64,000 nucleotides of DNA, taken from assembly GCA_904063045.1 (NCBI GenBank), contig CAJFCJ010000021.1, forward strand, positions 310,001 to 374,000. Direction: 5' to 3'. Made by a program: the position numbers and the translations under genes. The notes beneath the pieces were generated by a model that saw nothing but the letters and a program-made list of their open reading frames with translations, did not search any database and was not told the origin of the DNA. Of this stretch, positions 1 to 14,265 are shown piece after piece. Position 1 is the stretch's first letter; the number at the start of each line of letters is the position of its first letter. This stretch comes from Dimorphilus gyrociliatus. Lineage: Eukaryota; Animalia; Annelida.

Positions 1-1547
1 TGAAGTTGTTTCGTAGCCTGCTAAAAGAAATAGAAAACTTTGATTTTTTACTTCGTCCTCTGTGAGCTTCTTTTGTCCATTAACATCGTCAAAAGAGAAT
101 TGCCTTCCAAACGTAGGGGTTGGAGTGGGCGTCGGAGTTTGTACTGGAGAGTCTGAATCAGAACCGAGTTCACTTATGCTGTCCATACGCATTGTCAATC
201 TTCTTCTGGGCTCTTCTTTTTCGGCGTCCAACATAAGTTGTAATAAATCTGGATGTTCTTTCGAAGTTATACCTTCATTGCGTCTTTGTTGAATAACTTT
301 GTCAAGTCTGTCGAGAAGCCATCTGGAAGGCTCATCGACGTATTTTAAAACAAAGGTAAACAACTTGAAAAAGCTTCTTTTAATTTCTGGTACAATTGCT
401 GGTAATAGAATATATAGAGGAGGTGAATCTGCTAATGCAAAAATTTGTCGGGATCTTTGTAAAAACGGATCATTCGGATTTGTTTGGGCTTGAACTTCCA
501 TACCGAAGGCAGTTCGTCCGATTATATCGAATGTCAACGCTTGAAAAGCAGCATGGAGATCTTTCTTCTCTTGACCAAAACAGTTTATCATAGTAGAAAT
601 ACATTCCTCCACAGTACCAGACATTTTCCTCAATTTAACTTTAGAAAAAGTAGGTGCTATTATTGACCTTAACCTCTTCCACCTGGAGGACCTCGCGTGT
701 AGCATATGCATTCCGTCAACTCCTTCTGGGTCAGGTTGGATTGGAAACTCTTTCCGTGCATTCCAGTTTGAAAAATTAGTAATGAATGCATCTTTAAGTA
801 GGGCAAGATCAGTAGTGACAACAATAGGTACACCGCCTTCATAATAACTATTGAACGTAATGAAAGAGAAAAATAAGTTTTTAAATAATGTATTGAATTA
901 ATTTTGAATAGCTTTACCCAAAGGTATCTCCGTACTTTTCTCCCCATTCCGAAAGTAGTTGATGTGCAGGCTGTCAAAAAAACATAAAATAATTTATAGC
1001 AATTTGTATAAACAATAGTTTTACAAGTATATACCGTCTTTTTAAACAAATGTAAACAACCAAATAACCAATTGTTTCCCGGACCTTTTAGACCACCATT
1101 TTTCAAGGAGACCTGTTTCTTTTTTCTATATCTGATAATAGAGCAAAACCATAAGTAATTAGTAAATTTTCCACGCTAATTAATAGGAGTTACATTATTA
1201 ATTAAGTACGAATAAATCTACGCAGTTATTTATAAGTAATAGTGATATATAACATATGCTAAATTCTTTGCTAAGTAGGTCGGTTTGCATTCACTATCGC
1301 CTAGTTCTTAATCTCCTAAACCAATATTGATTTGAAGGAATGTAGGCCTATGCTAAACTTGATCAAGATAGTAATAAAATAAAAAAGTAAAAAGAGAAAG
1401 AAGAAGAAAAAAGAATACTTTGTTATAGAATCGAAAGGTTCTTATCGGGGATTTTAGGAGGAAAGTTATTTAATCTGGTAATACTTACGCGTAAAAACTT
1501 AGTAATGAGAAAAAAGAAATTGATAAGAAAATGACGACCACTTCCAT
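1..1547 (-). CDS. Cytochrome P450, CYP3 clan / thromboxane-synthase-like; multi-exon, 3' end runs off the window start
   Basis: Manual splicing gives MEVVVIFLSISFFSLLSFYA|YRKKKQVSLKNGGLKGPGNNWLFGCLHLFKKT|PAHQLLSEWGEKYGDTFG|YYEGGVPIVVTTDLALLKDAF...RWKRLRSIIAPTFSKVKLRKM...TFDIIGRTAFG...HPDLLQLMLDAE...KLTEDE. This contains an N-terminal TM anchor, a Pro/Gly hinge, the WxxxR C-helix and the DLLQLMLDA motif typical of CYP3/CYP5. The long exon is absent from the ORF track because it has no stop inside the window. Confidence 0.9.
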
Positions 1548-1707
1548 TTCAAATTGTGTGCGACGTTCGACTTTGGCGCGAGTATTATATAGTAATATAC
1601 GCACCAAATTCACCTTGCGTTATCCAATCACCTTTTAGCACTTAAAATTCTATGTATATATCGACCTGTACATTTCTTCTAGTTCCTAGTTTAACAAATA
1701 TTCATAA

Positions 1708-1742
1708 ACAATGACGTCTATACGTACTAGTGACGTCATTGT
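1708..1742. promoter_or_regulatory. Palindrome with CRE-type sites upstream of the P450
   Basis: ACAATGACGTC-N13-GACGTCATTGT is a perfect 11-bp inverted repeat. It contains a full TGACGTCA at 1731-1738, about 160 bp 5' of the CYP ATG. Confidence 0.45.
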
Positions 1743-2164
1743 CTATTAATTAGTACAACTAGTATATTATAATTGGTTTTCTATTCACTATTATAATTTC
1801 TTTAGGATCGTTTATATATTTATTACACTGAGTGCATTTATAATGAAAGAAATTTTTGAAATGCTTCTATATGTTTAAACGTTCAGTGCTTTTTATTTTT
1901 CCATATTTTACAGGACAATTTAACAATCAATTTTTTCTTTTTGCATTTAACAGTCCATATGCATTTTGAAATTTATGTAATAAATGTAATAAAAACAGTA
2001 CTCTTTTATAATCAATAAAAGTGCCTGGATGCAATGAGATCGCACCAGATAAAAATCGATTATCAACGTTTTTCCTTCAGTTCAATTATCGATTTGACCC
2101 AACATTGGTCAATAATTAATCATTTATTTTTTTTTTGCTTCGTCTCCACTCGTATACCTATTAA

Positions 2165-3731
2165 TCACCATTTTATCGTTAAAGCGTTCAAATCTTTTTC
2201 GATAGGCCGATAACTTGTTTTCAGAGCATTCTCCTTAACCTCTGGCTCTTTCAGCCAAATTTCTATTAAATCATTTGCACTTATTGAACTTTCAGGTGAT
2301 ATTGTGCTAACTTCGTCGTATATTTTTCCAACCTCGTCAAGGTTACCTCTTATTTGTCCTCCACCGTTCAGACAGCCGCCTGGGCATGCCATTATCTCTA
2401 CTACATCATATGGGCATTTGTTTCTTTTCATTTTTTGAACGATGTTTTGAATGTTTCTGAAACCATACGCTTTAGCTCCTTTTAGAACAATTAGGTCGTC
2501 GGAGCTCTTTACTGATAATTCAATTAAATCTTTATTTCTTCCTGTAGTATACTCGAAATTATCTTCGGATAAGTTGAAAAGTGTACTTGCAGCCGTTGAT
2601 AAAATATGATGAAGATAGCCCCCGGATCCACCCCCTTTATGATTTATAAATTCATTTTCTAATTGTACTTTTTCGTATTCGTTCAAGTTTTTCCCTTCTC
2701 TCTTTATCATTTCATCAACTTCCAGCGATGTAAGAACGCAATCAACATCTCTATTGTTTCTTTTATTACTAAAGAAATCTTCTCTAGACGCTTCCAGTTT
2801 CTTATCGAAACAGGGCATAATTGATACGTGATAGACATTAGTATCTTTATATAAGAAATCTTTTACGTAGCTGCCCATTAGTTGTTGTGGAGATTTTGTA
2901 TTAGATATTTTTGGTAAAATTTTCCCGTGTGTCTTTTCAGCGTAACAAACCCAACCAGGGCAAGCAGACGTTAATAATGGTACATTATTTTCTGCTTTTC
3001 TACGTAAGAATTCATCGCAAATTTCCTTTAAAGCAACACTTCTCCCCATTGAAACGTCCAAAACTTTTTCAACTCCAAACTGTTTAAAGAACCCCACCAG
3101 ATGTCTCGAGCAGTCGACAAAACTTAAATTGTGAGCCGCTGCAATGGAAGATATAGATTGTGGAGAAAGAGAAACGACAATTGTTTGTTTACACGTTGAG
3201 CAGTCTTTTCTATTACTTTCAACAACTTTATAAAATTCATCTTGATTTTGTTGAGTTATTAAAACAGATTCAGCTGATGTTATGCAACCACTACACGCCA
3301 AACAGTCATTCAATGTTATTTTTACCTTTTCTAATTTTTTAACTTCTCCTTTCTATATTCAATTAAACAAAATTAATAACTCTTGATGTGTTAAATTGTA
3401 AATTTGATCGGTTTTTGTTACCTCATTCTCCTCTGAATATGTACCATCGTCAGAAATTGTTATTCTGGTACTTTCTTTGATTCTATCAACTTTTACGGGC
3501 TTTATACATTCCTGTTAAAGGTATTAATTATTAAATTAGCGTGAATTTCTTGCGTAAATGATAAAAACAAAGTCGCTAATATTTAAAACCCTATTTTATC
3601 GCTCAGAAAATACCTTCTGACTTCACATATACTCTATTTGATGGTTTTCAATGATAATCTTAACTTACTTGTGAAGGTTTGATAAAATCATCTAAATCGG
3701 TTAATTGTAACGCACCGCTAAATTGAGCCAT
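2165..3731 (-). CDS. CIAO3: Cytosolic Fe-S cluster assembly factor NARFL/IOP1/Nar1
   Basis: Three exons: MAQFSGALQLTDLDDFIKPSQ|ECIKPV...|KITLNDCLACSGCITSAE. The ORF contains TSACPGW, MPCFDKKLEASR and EIMACPGGCLNGGGQ (iron-only hydrogenase-like motifs). Confidence 0.96.
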
Positions 3732-3945
3732 GATTTAGACAAAAAACAGCTAATTTTTAAAGCGTGGCATAGGGTGATAATGAGGTGATGTAAATTAAAG
3801 ACTAGTTTCACATAAACTGGTATGAAACCGACTATTAAACTAACTTAAACTGCTTGTAGAGTGTATAAAGAATATGGATTACATGTTAATTTTAAGAAAA
3901 GTATTAATTATCTATTTACACAAAGTAGATAATCAGTCAAAATGT

Positions 3946-5480
3946 ATTTTAAATTCTGAAATTATTCTCTACTTTCAACATTAAAATTGCCAAAAATAAA
4001 AACCACATTTAATGAATAAACACTAATTCGCTTGTATAATACAAACAATTTTTATAAATTGTAATAGTTTTAACTTTCATAGAAATTCTTTAATACTACA
4101 AAAGTATTGAATAAAGAAAATCTTGAACAATAGATACAGGTGAGGCCAATCTGGTTGAAAGGTATATATTTCTTTAATATTTAATAACAAATAAAGGAGG
4201 AAGAAAGAAAATCACGAACTTGGAAATGAACATCAAAGGGATGCTATTGTTTATATATATCTTATGTAGTAAGTTCTTCTAAACTGTTACATAATTTTGA
4301 AAGAATGTGAAAATGAATTAAAATTACTATTTTTGAGATCAGAAATCATAACCTTAAACACGGAACAAATTTTAAATTCATATGAATAATCATTTTTCTC
4401 TATTCATTCTTGCAATAAAACATTTTTTATCATTTGAAAATTTTTAGGAAATGATCTGTTAATCTGTTTATAGTAATTATTTTTATTTTTTAGCTTCTAT
4501 TCTTCCAACGTATCAACAGAAATTAGTAGATTATTTGCCTCAAACAATTTCTCAGGCGGTTAGTCGTTGTTCCGAGGAGAGCAACGTTATTGGAATACCA
4601 ACTTTTAGCGCAGTTCTATCTTCCAAGTTTTCTCAAAGATTAGAACAGTTCAGAAAGCAAAAGTTCACTCTCAAACCTATCTTTCTTTTAAATTATACTG
4701 GAATGCCTTCAACTGAACAACGTACAGAGAGTGGTATATAATAAAATATTATATAAAGACATTGTTTCATTTTTCAATTGGTTTCTTCTTAGGCATGCCA
4801 ATCAATTTAACAAAGACACGCAGTAGCGACCCAAAGTGTGTTTCGTTTAATAAAAATGGAAAATTTAAAGAAGAAGATTGTCTTCAGACTCAATATTTTT
4901 TATGTTAGATTTTTACAAATATTCGACTTTCACGTAATAACTCATTTATTTCATTTGAAAAGGTGAAGAATTCGCTAATGCTACCAGTAACAAACAATGT
5001 TCAAATCTGTACATTGAACCGAATGCTCAGCAAAGAAATTGGATAGACGCTAGGGAGGAATGTAGAAAAAGAAATAGGTCATTGATTGAGATTATCTCTG
5101 TCGAGATGGAGCAAATCGTTGAGAATTATTTGAAATCTAGAAATATTTATTCAATATGGACGGGTGTATCTAATATAATTTGGCAAGAAGTCATTGATGA
5201 TAAGGATTTAAAAAACAAATTATGTGTGGTATATTCAGAACAAAAACAGATTTTTGAATTATTTAAATGTACGACATCATTCCTACATTTGACTTTGAAA
5301 CCAATTGAATTGGTTTGCCAAGAAAGTAAGCACTAACTAAAAAGAGAATGCAATGAATAATTTAAGAATAAACCGAGTTTGTTTTTAGGCAATTTTTCAG
5401 TAGAAGATGTGAAAGAACCGAATTATAATAGTCGATTAAAGCTATGTGAACGTACAATTGAAAAAGAAACTAGTAGTACT
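3946..5480 (+). repeat. Recent segmental duplication, copy A (partner 14266-15814)
   Basis: Near-identical from ATTTTAAATTCTGAAATTATTCTCTACTTTCAAC to TAGTAGTACT, including the promoter and introns, with sharp boundaries. Confidence 0.95.
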
Positions 5481-6605
5481 GAAGAATCAACAATAAAATT
5501 AGTGATAACAACAACATCAAATGAGAAAAAGACATCTTCAAGTTAGAGTTTTCTTACATAAAAGGAAATTAATTTATTAATAATTCTAATTTCTTAACAC
5601 AGGTGCAACTTTAATAATTGCAATTTTAACTTCCATCTTAGTTATAGTTGTAATTGTATTTATTGCTTTATTTATAGTTCTATTTAGACGGTTTGTATTT
5701 GTACTTTTTTGACCTAAAGTTATGCTCATTTTCACTAAAAATATATATCTCTCATTTAAAGATTTAGGAAAAAAAATTACGAAAATAATATCTACGTAAA
5801 TGATATTAACCGTCAAGATATAAATGGAAACTCAAAAAGAATTTTTGGAGAATTTGATCAGGATAGAAAATATGCAAATATTAATTTAGATAGTCCTTCA
5901 AAAGTTAATGACCCAAGCAAAAAGGAAAGTGTTAGTGAAACATCAGATACTGAAGGAAAGAAGAACTATGGAGAGAAAGAGGATAAGGATAAAGATGGAA
6001 AAAGAATGGTAGAAACGCCTAAATCTGAAATTGTAAATGAGAATGGAAGAGAAAAGAAAAAACGGAAAAAAATAGTAAAACCGACAAAAACTGAAAGTAA
6101 AACTACTGGAGGTTACGAAGAAGTTAGTTTGCATAATGAAAAGAAAACGCCTGCAAAGAATTCAGGATATGAAGAAGTAAATGAGAAACAATATTCTAAA
6201 GAAACTGACAAAAATAAACTTAAATTGGATAGAGACGATATGACAAACCGATTAATACCATCAGCTCCAATTGATGATTCTATAGAAATGACGAAAAAAC
6301 AAGCAACTTCTTCAGAATACGAAGAAGTAGGTTTAGAAAATCCTTCGCCTGAAACCAAAGAAAAAAAAGGAATAATCAAAGACAGAGGTGGTTACGAAGA
6401 AATAGGGAATAAATCAGTTTCTCCGAAGAAGAATGGTATTAAAAAGGTTGCTAGAAATAAAAAGCGTAAAGAGGCTGAAGATAAAAGCAATGATAATACT
6501 AAAAAATTGAATATAACAAAGAATAAGCTTAATAAAGAGAGTTTATATAATAATAGCGACGTTATAAGAAGGAAAAATAAGAAGAAGCCTGAATCCCCTG
6601 ACTAA
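4226..6605 (+). CDS. Type I membrane protein with two divergent C-type lectin-like domains and a long Tyr-motif cytoplasmic tail (CTL-A)
   Basis: Signal exon MNIKGMLLFIYILC. CTLD motifs NWIDAREECRKRNRSLIEI, IWTG and LCVVY...FKC...LVCQE. TM exon 5603-5690 (ATLIIAILTSILVIVVIVFIALFIVLFR). Tail exon from 5762 runs in frame into ORF 6006-6605. Confidence 0.8.
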
Positions 6606-7659
6606 AATTGAATAAACAACAACTGCAACAAGAACCAGTTATAGCTATATTGTTTTTTTTTATATGAAATTTACAACGTTATTACACATAGATGATTTAG
6701 TTTTTCATATAAAATTAACTGATTAGTCTATGATACTTTTGTAATTTTTATCGCTGATTATACAGATTATATTGTCTATATAAATACAGTATAAATATAC
6801 ACGTATATACTGAATATATATATTTATATAAATCAAGTGTAAAAAGAGAACACGAATAAACTTTTTAAGTATCAAAATGTATCTTTTTTTAATTAAAAAG
6901 ATGATTATTTATTAATCATATCCTTATCTTCTTTTCAAACTATTCAATAGTCTCTGTTCATTATAGATGTAAATATGATAAATATTCTGTTATATATTTA
7001 AATAAGGTAAGCTGATAGCTTTAAGCTTATGTCTATTAAATGATCGAGATATATGAATTATACATTGAAATGGATGATTTAAAACTTTAGATATGGCTGA
7101 TAAGATACTATTCTAATAGAGCAATATATACAACTTTTATTTATTAATAAATCAAATTCTTTCTCTCTTTTCAATTGTTATTTTAAAAAACAAATATAGG
7201 CTTATTTAGATTTCTTAGGTGCAATTTTAATTACTTGTTCTATATATTCTAAATATAGATTGTATAAGAAGTTTGAAACAATAAAAAAATAGCATATATT
7301 TAGAATATCTGGTTAATTATTATACTTGTTATCCTATTCATTTTTGTGAATTTATCGGTTAGATGAATAAATATGAAACCCATTTTTATCAGCTATTTGT
7401 TACTATACAGTATATTTAATTGTCGGCCATTTTTTCTTTTAAACAAATGTTCATTTCTAATCTCTTCTCTTCTATATACTGTTAATCTCAGCATATTGCT
7501 CCTGAAGAAGATATCTTAATTGAATAATTTTCTTTGCATACCTTTTCTAATTATTCATTTTTAAAGTCTATATACAGTAAGTGTTCGTGTCAATTGGTAA
7601 AAAAATTGCAAAGTTCTCTGTTTTAAACTCTTTTGAAACAAATACTAAAAAACACTTTA

Positions 7660-10213
<2,554 letters not shown>

Positions 10214-11078
10214 TATTGAAAAAATGTAATTTGGCTGTGTGAATGCAAAAGAAATGCTTTCGTTGGGAACTCTTAGAGGAATGAAAAAGAAAATAAGTAC
10301 GCGCCCTCTTATAATTTTTTTCCTATTTTCGATATGATAATCAGTGAATTTGAATTGCTATATTAATATTTTCCATTTCATAACCAAGTTGCTTGTTTCT
10401 TTGTTGTTTTACTGCTTAACTGGTGTCTTTAAAGGAGAGTAGGATGATGTGTACAAAGTTTTCGTATATTTTTATATTTGACAAAAATATAAGTATTGTT
10501 AAAATTTCGTCTTTCCTGGAGCAAAGAAATTAATGATACGAAATTAAGACTTAAAGTGCCAAGGTCTTTTTCTCTGTTAACATTTTCTACCACCTTGAGT
10601 AAATTCCCTTCCGCAAATCTTAAATCTTTTTTTACTTCCTATCGAAAATTTCTCTTTTATCAAATTTTTTGTACTTTCGTTGCTTATAATGAAATTTACA
10701 AATAATTTTTCTATAGACACTTTTATCACATTTTAAAATTTTTGGTCATTATACAGTATAACCTTTCTCTTAGGGTTAGGGTTAGGATATAAAATAATTA
10801 TTATCAAACAGTCTTTCTTGTAGTTAGAAAATTGATTGTAAAGTATTGGGAAAAAGTTAGAAGATTGTGTTTCTTTGAAATTAGACGCTCGCAAATGAAA
10901 AAGAGAATAAACTTTTTGGATTTTTAAACTAACTGTAGTACAGTATGTATTTATAAAAGGTTAATATAAAATATTATATTGTTTAAAAGCATATACATAG
11001 TATTTATACAGTTTCTTTGATGTGCTTGTTGTTCATCTCATAAAAACTTATTCGCTTTGGAATTAATTAATTTGATAT

Positions 11079-12499
11079 TTATTTGATCTTGAAGTTGTGT
11101 TCAATTGATAATCTTGATTTATATCCTTTTCCTTTACAGTTAAACTATAACAGAGGGAAGATTATATTTATTTAATATATTTGAATGGTTATTAATAAAA
11201 TTATCGTAATTAACTTACCTTAATAGTATAAATGGAACAAGGAAAAAGAAGAGGAACAATACACCCAACAAAACATAAGATAAGGTTGGAAAAACGCTTG
11301 GTATATCAACTAATAAAGGTAATATTTTATGTTATTATTGTATAACGGCAGATATAATAATTTTTATTGTATAATTACCCCTGTCATCATCATTGTCATT
11401 ATTCTTTGATTTGTCATTGTTTGGCTTAGGAGTTGAAGTTTCTGGTGAGCATATATTAATTTTGTCGTTGAATATAACTTTCGGTATGCCTTTATCACTA
11501 ATTGAATCTTAAGGAAAAGGGAAAAAATGAACATGACTAAGTTAATAATATGTTTCATAAATATTTCAGTACCATTTTGACAGATATTATTAGCAGTATT
11601 TGCGTTGATGTTATACACTTTGTCATTCAAGTTGTAGGAGACGCATATAGACGAATTGGACTCGAAAGGTAAGGACGTATTTATATACGTCCATTCAATA
11701 TTGGTATAACCAATCCATATAGAAGATAATGAATTTTTTTTCATATAATCTTGAATAATATCTTTATTCTTCTCCGTTAAAATTTCAATCATAGTACCCT
11801 TGATTGATCGACACTTTTCCCTTCCATTTAACCAATTTGTTTCAAAATAGTCGTCGGATGATAATTTATCAATATTTAGACAATCATCTGTGTTCGTTGT
11901 TTCTTTTTCACCTAATGAAATAAAGTATATTATACATATCATTATATATAAATAATTGTGTATACTTTACATAATATTGTAATATTTTTGCTGCAGTCGT
12001 CCAAAAGAAATTGACCATTTTTAAGTAAAACTCCGCAAGATAATGAACGATTATTTGATACTTGAATTGGTGACTTTTTCCCTTTTTAAAAAGTTAATAT
12101 AACTGATTGAAATTGAAAATAATACAATTATTAATAAATATTAAAAAGATTATTTACCACTTTCCCAACTAGGTTCCTTGCTAAGACCAATCATATTAAT
12201 CCAAAATGGTTTATAGTCCTTATTAGAAAAGCTCTCTTCTTTAATTTTTAGTTTAAAACTAGTTGATAGGGTATCAATAAAATTAATAGGCATTTTTGAC
12301 GAAGTTGTACAAGCTTTAGCCGATTCAAAACATGATATATAGCCTGGTTTAGCTTCATCAAGAGTATTTTTACTTGATACACTAATAAATGCTAAAATTA
12401 AGAAGTAGGTATTGTTATTAGTAACTGTTGTTTATTTATTAATATATGAATTATGCATCATATTAATCACTCACATAAGCATATTATAAAGCTTAACAT
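11079..12499 (-). CDS. Type I membrane protein with two C-type lectin-like domains (CTL-C)
   Basis: Spliced MLSFIICL|SFISVSSKN...PFWINMIGL...|...SCGVLLKNGQFLLDDCSKNITILC|...TNWLNGREKCRSIKGTMIEI...IWIGY...ICVSY... followed by TM YVLLGVLFLFFLVPFILL. TATAAAA lies about 30 nt upstream of the ATG. The last exon is uncertain. Confidence 0.7.
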
Positions 12500-12962
12500 G
12501 TAGTTATTTGTCCAGGTAGCCATCCTTTTATAGGTAAAAAGACAGTAATAAGAAAAACCTTTAGAAGTCTTATTTTTGCAAAACTAAACCTGACTTTAAT
12601 TGATGACAATTAATTGTAAAGTCAACAAATTAGTAGTCAAAGTATTATATTTTAGATCAGATTAATTTCGTCTTTCCTCTAACCTGGTATCTTTTTCTCT
12701 CTTTCTCTTGTCACTACATCAAATTTCACCCTTTGTTAAATATTGCTCTACCTTTCTTCGTAAACTTTACTATGATATTGAAATGTATACTACTCATACT
12801 TAATTGCGCTTTCTCCCTCTCTCTCTCTCTCTCTCTCTCTATCTGTCTCAACGTTGCTTCATTAATACAAATCAAGTTTTAAAAGAATACTAATTTAATT
12901 CAAAATTTATTTAAAATAAAAATAGTAAATGATTATGTAAATTTTATTAAGATGAAAAAAAT

Positions 12963-13033
12963 TGCATTGGCCGGGAATCGAACCCGGGTCGCCCGCGTGG
13001 CAGGCGAGCATTCTACCACTGAACCACCAATGC
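12963..13033 (-). tRNA. trnG-GCC: tRNA-Gly (GCC)
   Basis: Reverse complement is GCATTGGTGGTTCAGTGGTAGAATGCTCGCCTGCCACGCGGGCGACCCGGGTTCGATTCCCGGCCAATGCA: canonical A/B boxes, GCC anticodon and a downstream T6 Pol III terminator. Confidence 0.98.
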
Positions 13034-13544
13034 TGACGAAAAGTTATCTAGTATAATGATCATTCAATCAAGTAAAAGATGATTCTTTTATCGGCTTTTA
13101 TGTGTAAGTTTTATGCGGATATCTTTCAAGTATCTAACTTCTCTGCCTTAGAGATTGTCGCATACGGCATTTGTGTGAATTGTATTTCAATAGACAGAGT
13201 AAATCCTTTTTCTTTTGAATCAGGAAGCAAATAGGACGGAAATATACTGCTATCTATATTTGGTAGTATATTAACCTATTTTTTTGGTATTTTGAACAAT
13301 TTTTTTTAAATAGTCCTTCTAAAACTGAAAAATTGAATAGTATGTTCATTTATCTAAAAAGGGTGTTTATAGAAGAAATAAGACGATCCTTAGTTTGAAG
13401 ATTTAAGGATTAATAGAAAAGAATGGAAAGATATTACTCAATGAAATTTAACTACTTCGTCTATCTTTTAACTTTGTTGGTGATCTTTGAGATTTTCTTT
13501 TTCAAAGAATTGAGCAAAATCAAACTCTTACATTTGTATATATT

Positions 13545-14220
13545 ATGCTAATTTTAGGTTTGACAGCTGCCAAAGTTCAGTCAAAGTCATTTATTATATT
13601 TAATGAAGTCTTTGATGTTCTATCTGGCTATCCTACCAATTGTTTTCTTTACAAATCATCAGTAGGGTTTCCAGACTTCACAGTAACTATCTCTTCCAAT
13701 TTTACTTCAACTCTTTACAAAGAGCATAGTAAGAAATCATTTCAACTTCCAATATTCTTCAATTACGTAGGAAGTTTTACCCCTACACTACAAAGAAGAA
13801 GTGGTAAGTTCTCTTTACAATACTAAATCCTATGAGAAAACAATGGTATTTATCTTTACTATTTCTAGAGGTAAAAAAGTTAAACTATCCGTAAAATTTA
13901 TAAAGAAACGTCAGTGTTTTACCTTCAGTTTGGACGGAGTCTTTGTTATGGATGATTGCTGGAAAAGTCATCATTTTTCCTGTTAGATATCAAAGTAAGT
14001 AATTCTAGATAAAAAGATACGAAGAATTAAAAGAAAACTGTGAATATTTTGAAAATCGTTTCTTAGCAATTTTTTAAACGGAGAATATAAGCAAAATCTT
14101 TTACAACGAAATCTCCAAGTTATGTACGCTTTCAGAAGTTTCAGAAGAGCAAACAACTATTCGTAAAACATCATCACCTAATTTACATATTACAACAGCG
14201 TCTACTCGAAAAGGTTAGAG
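13545..14220 (+). pseudogene. Divergent, truncated paralogue of CTL-A/B (first CTLD and stalk exon only)
   Basis: The exon GYPTNCFLYKSSVGFPDFTVTISSNF...PIFFNYVG aligns by eye with CTL-A SRCSEESNVIGIPTFSAVLSSKF...PIFLLNYTG. The next exon CFTFSLDGVFVMDDC ends at the same T|GTTAGAT donor. The stalk exon shares CAAACAACTATT...CCTAATTTACATATTACAACA with CTL-B. No TM exon or clean first exon was found. Confidence 0.55.
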
Positions 14221-14265
14221 AATTTTTGTATAATATAATAATTTTTTGATAGGCCTATATTTCAA

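Noticed and set aside
10770-10786. TTAGGG TTAGGG TTAGG telomere-like run
   Set aside because: Fewer than three copies; too short to call an interstitial telomere or healing site.
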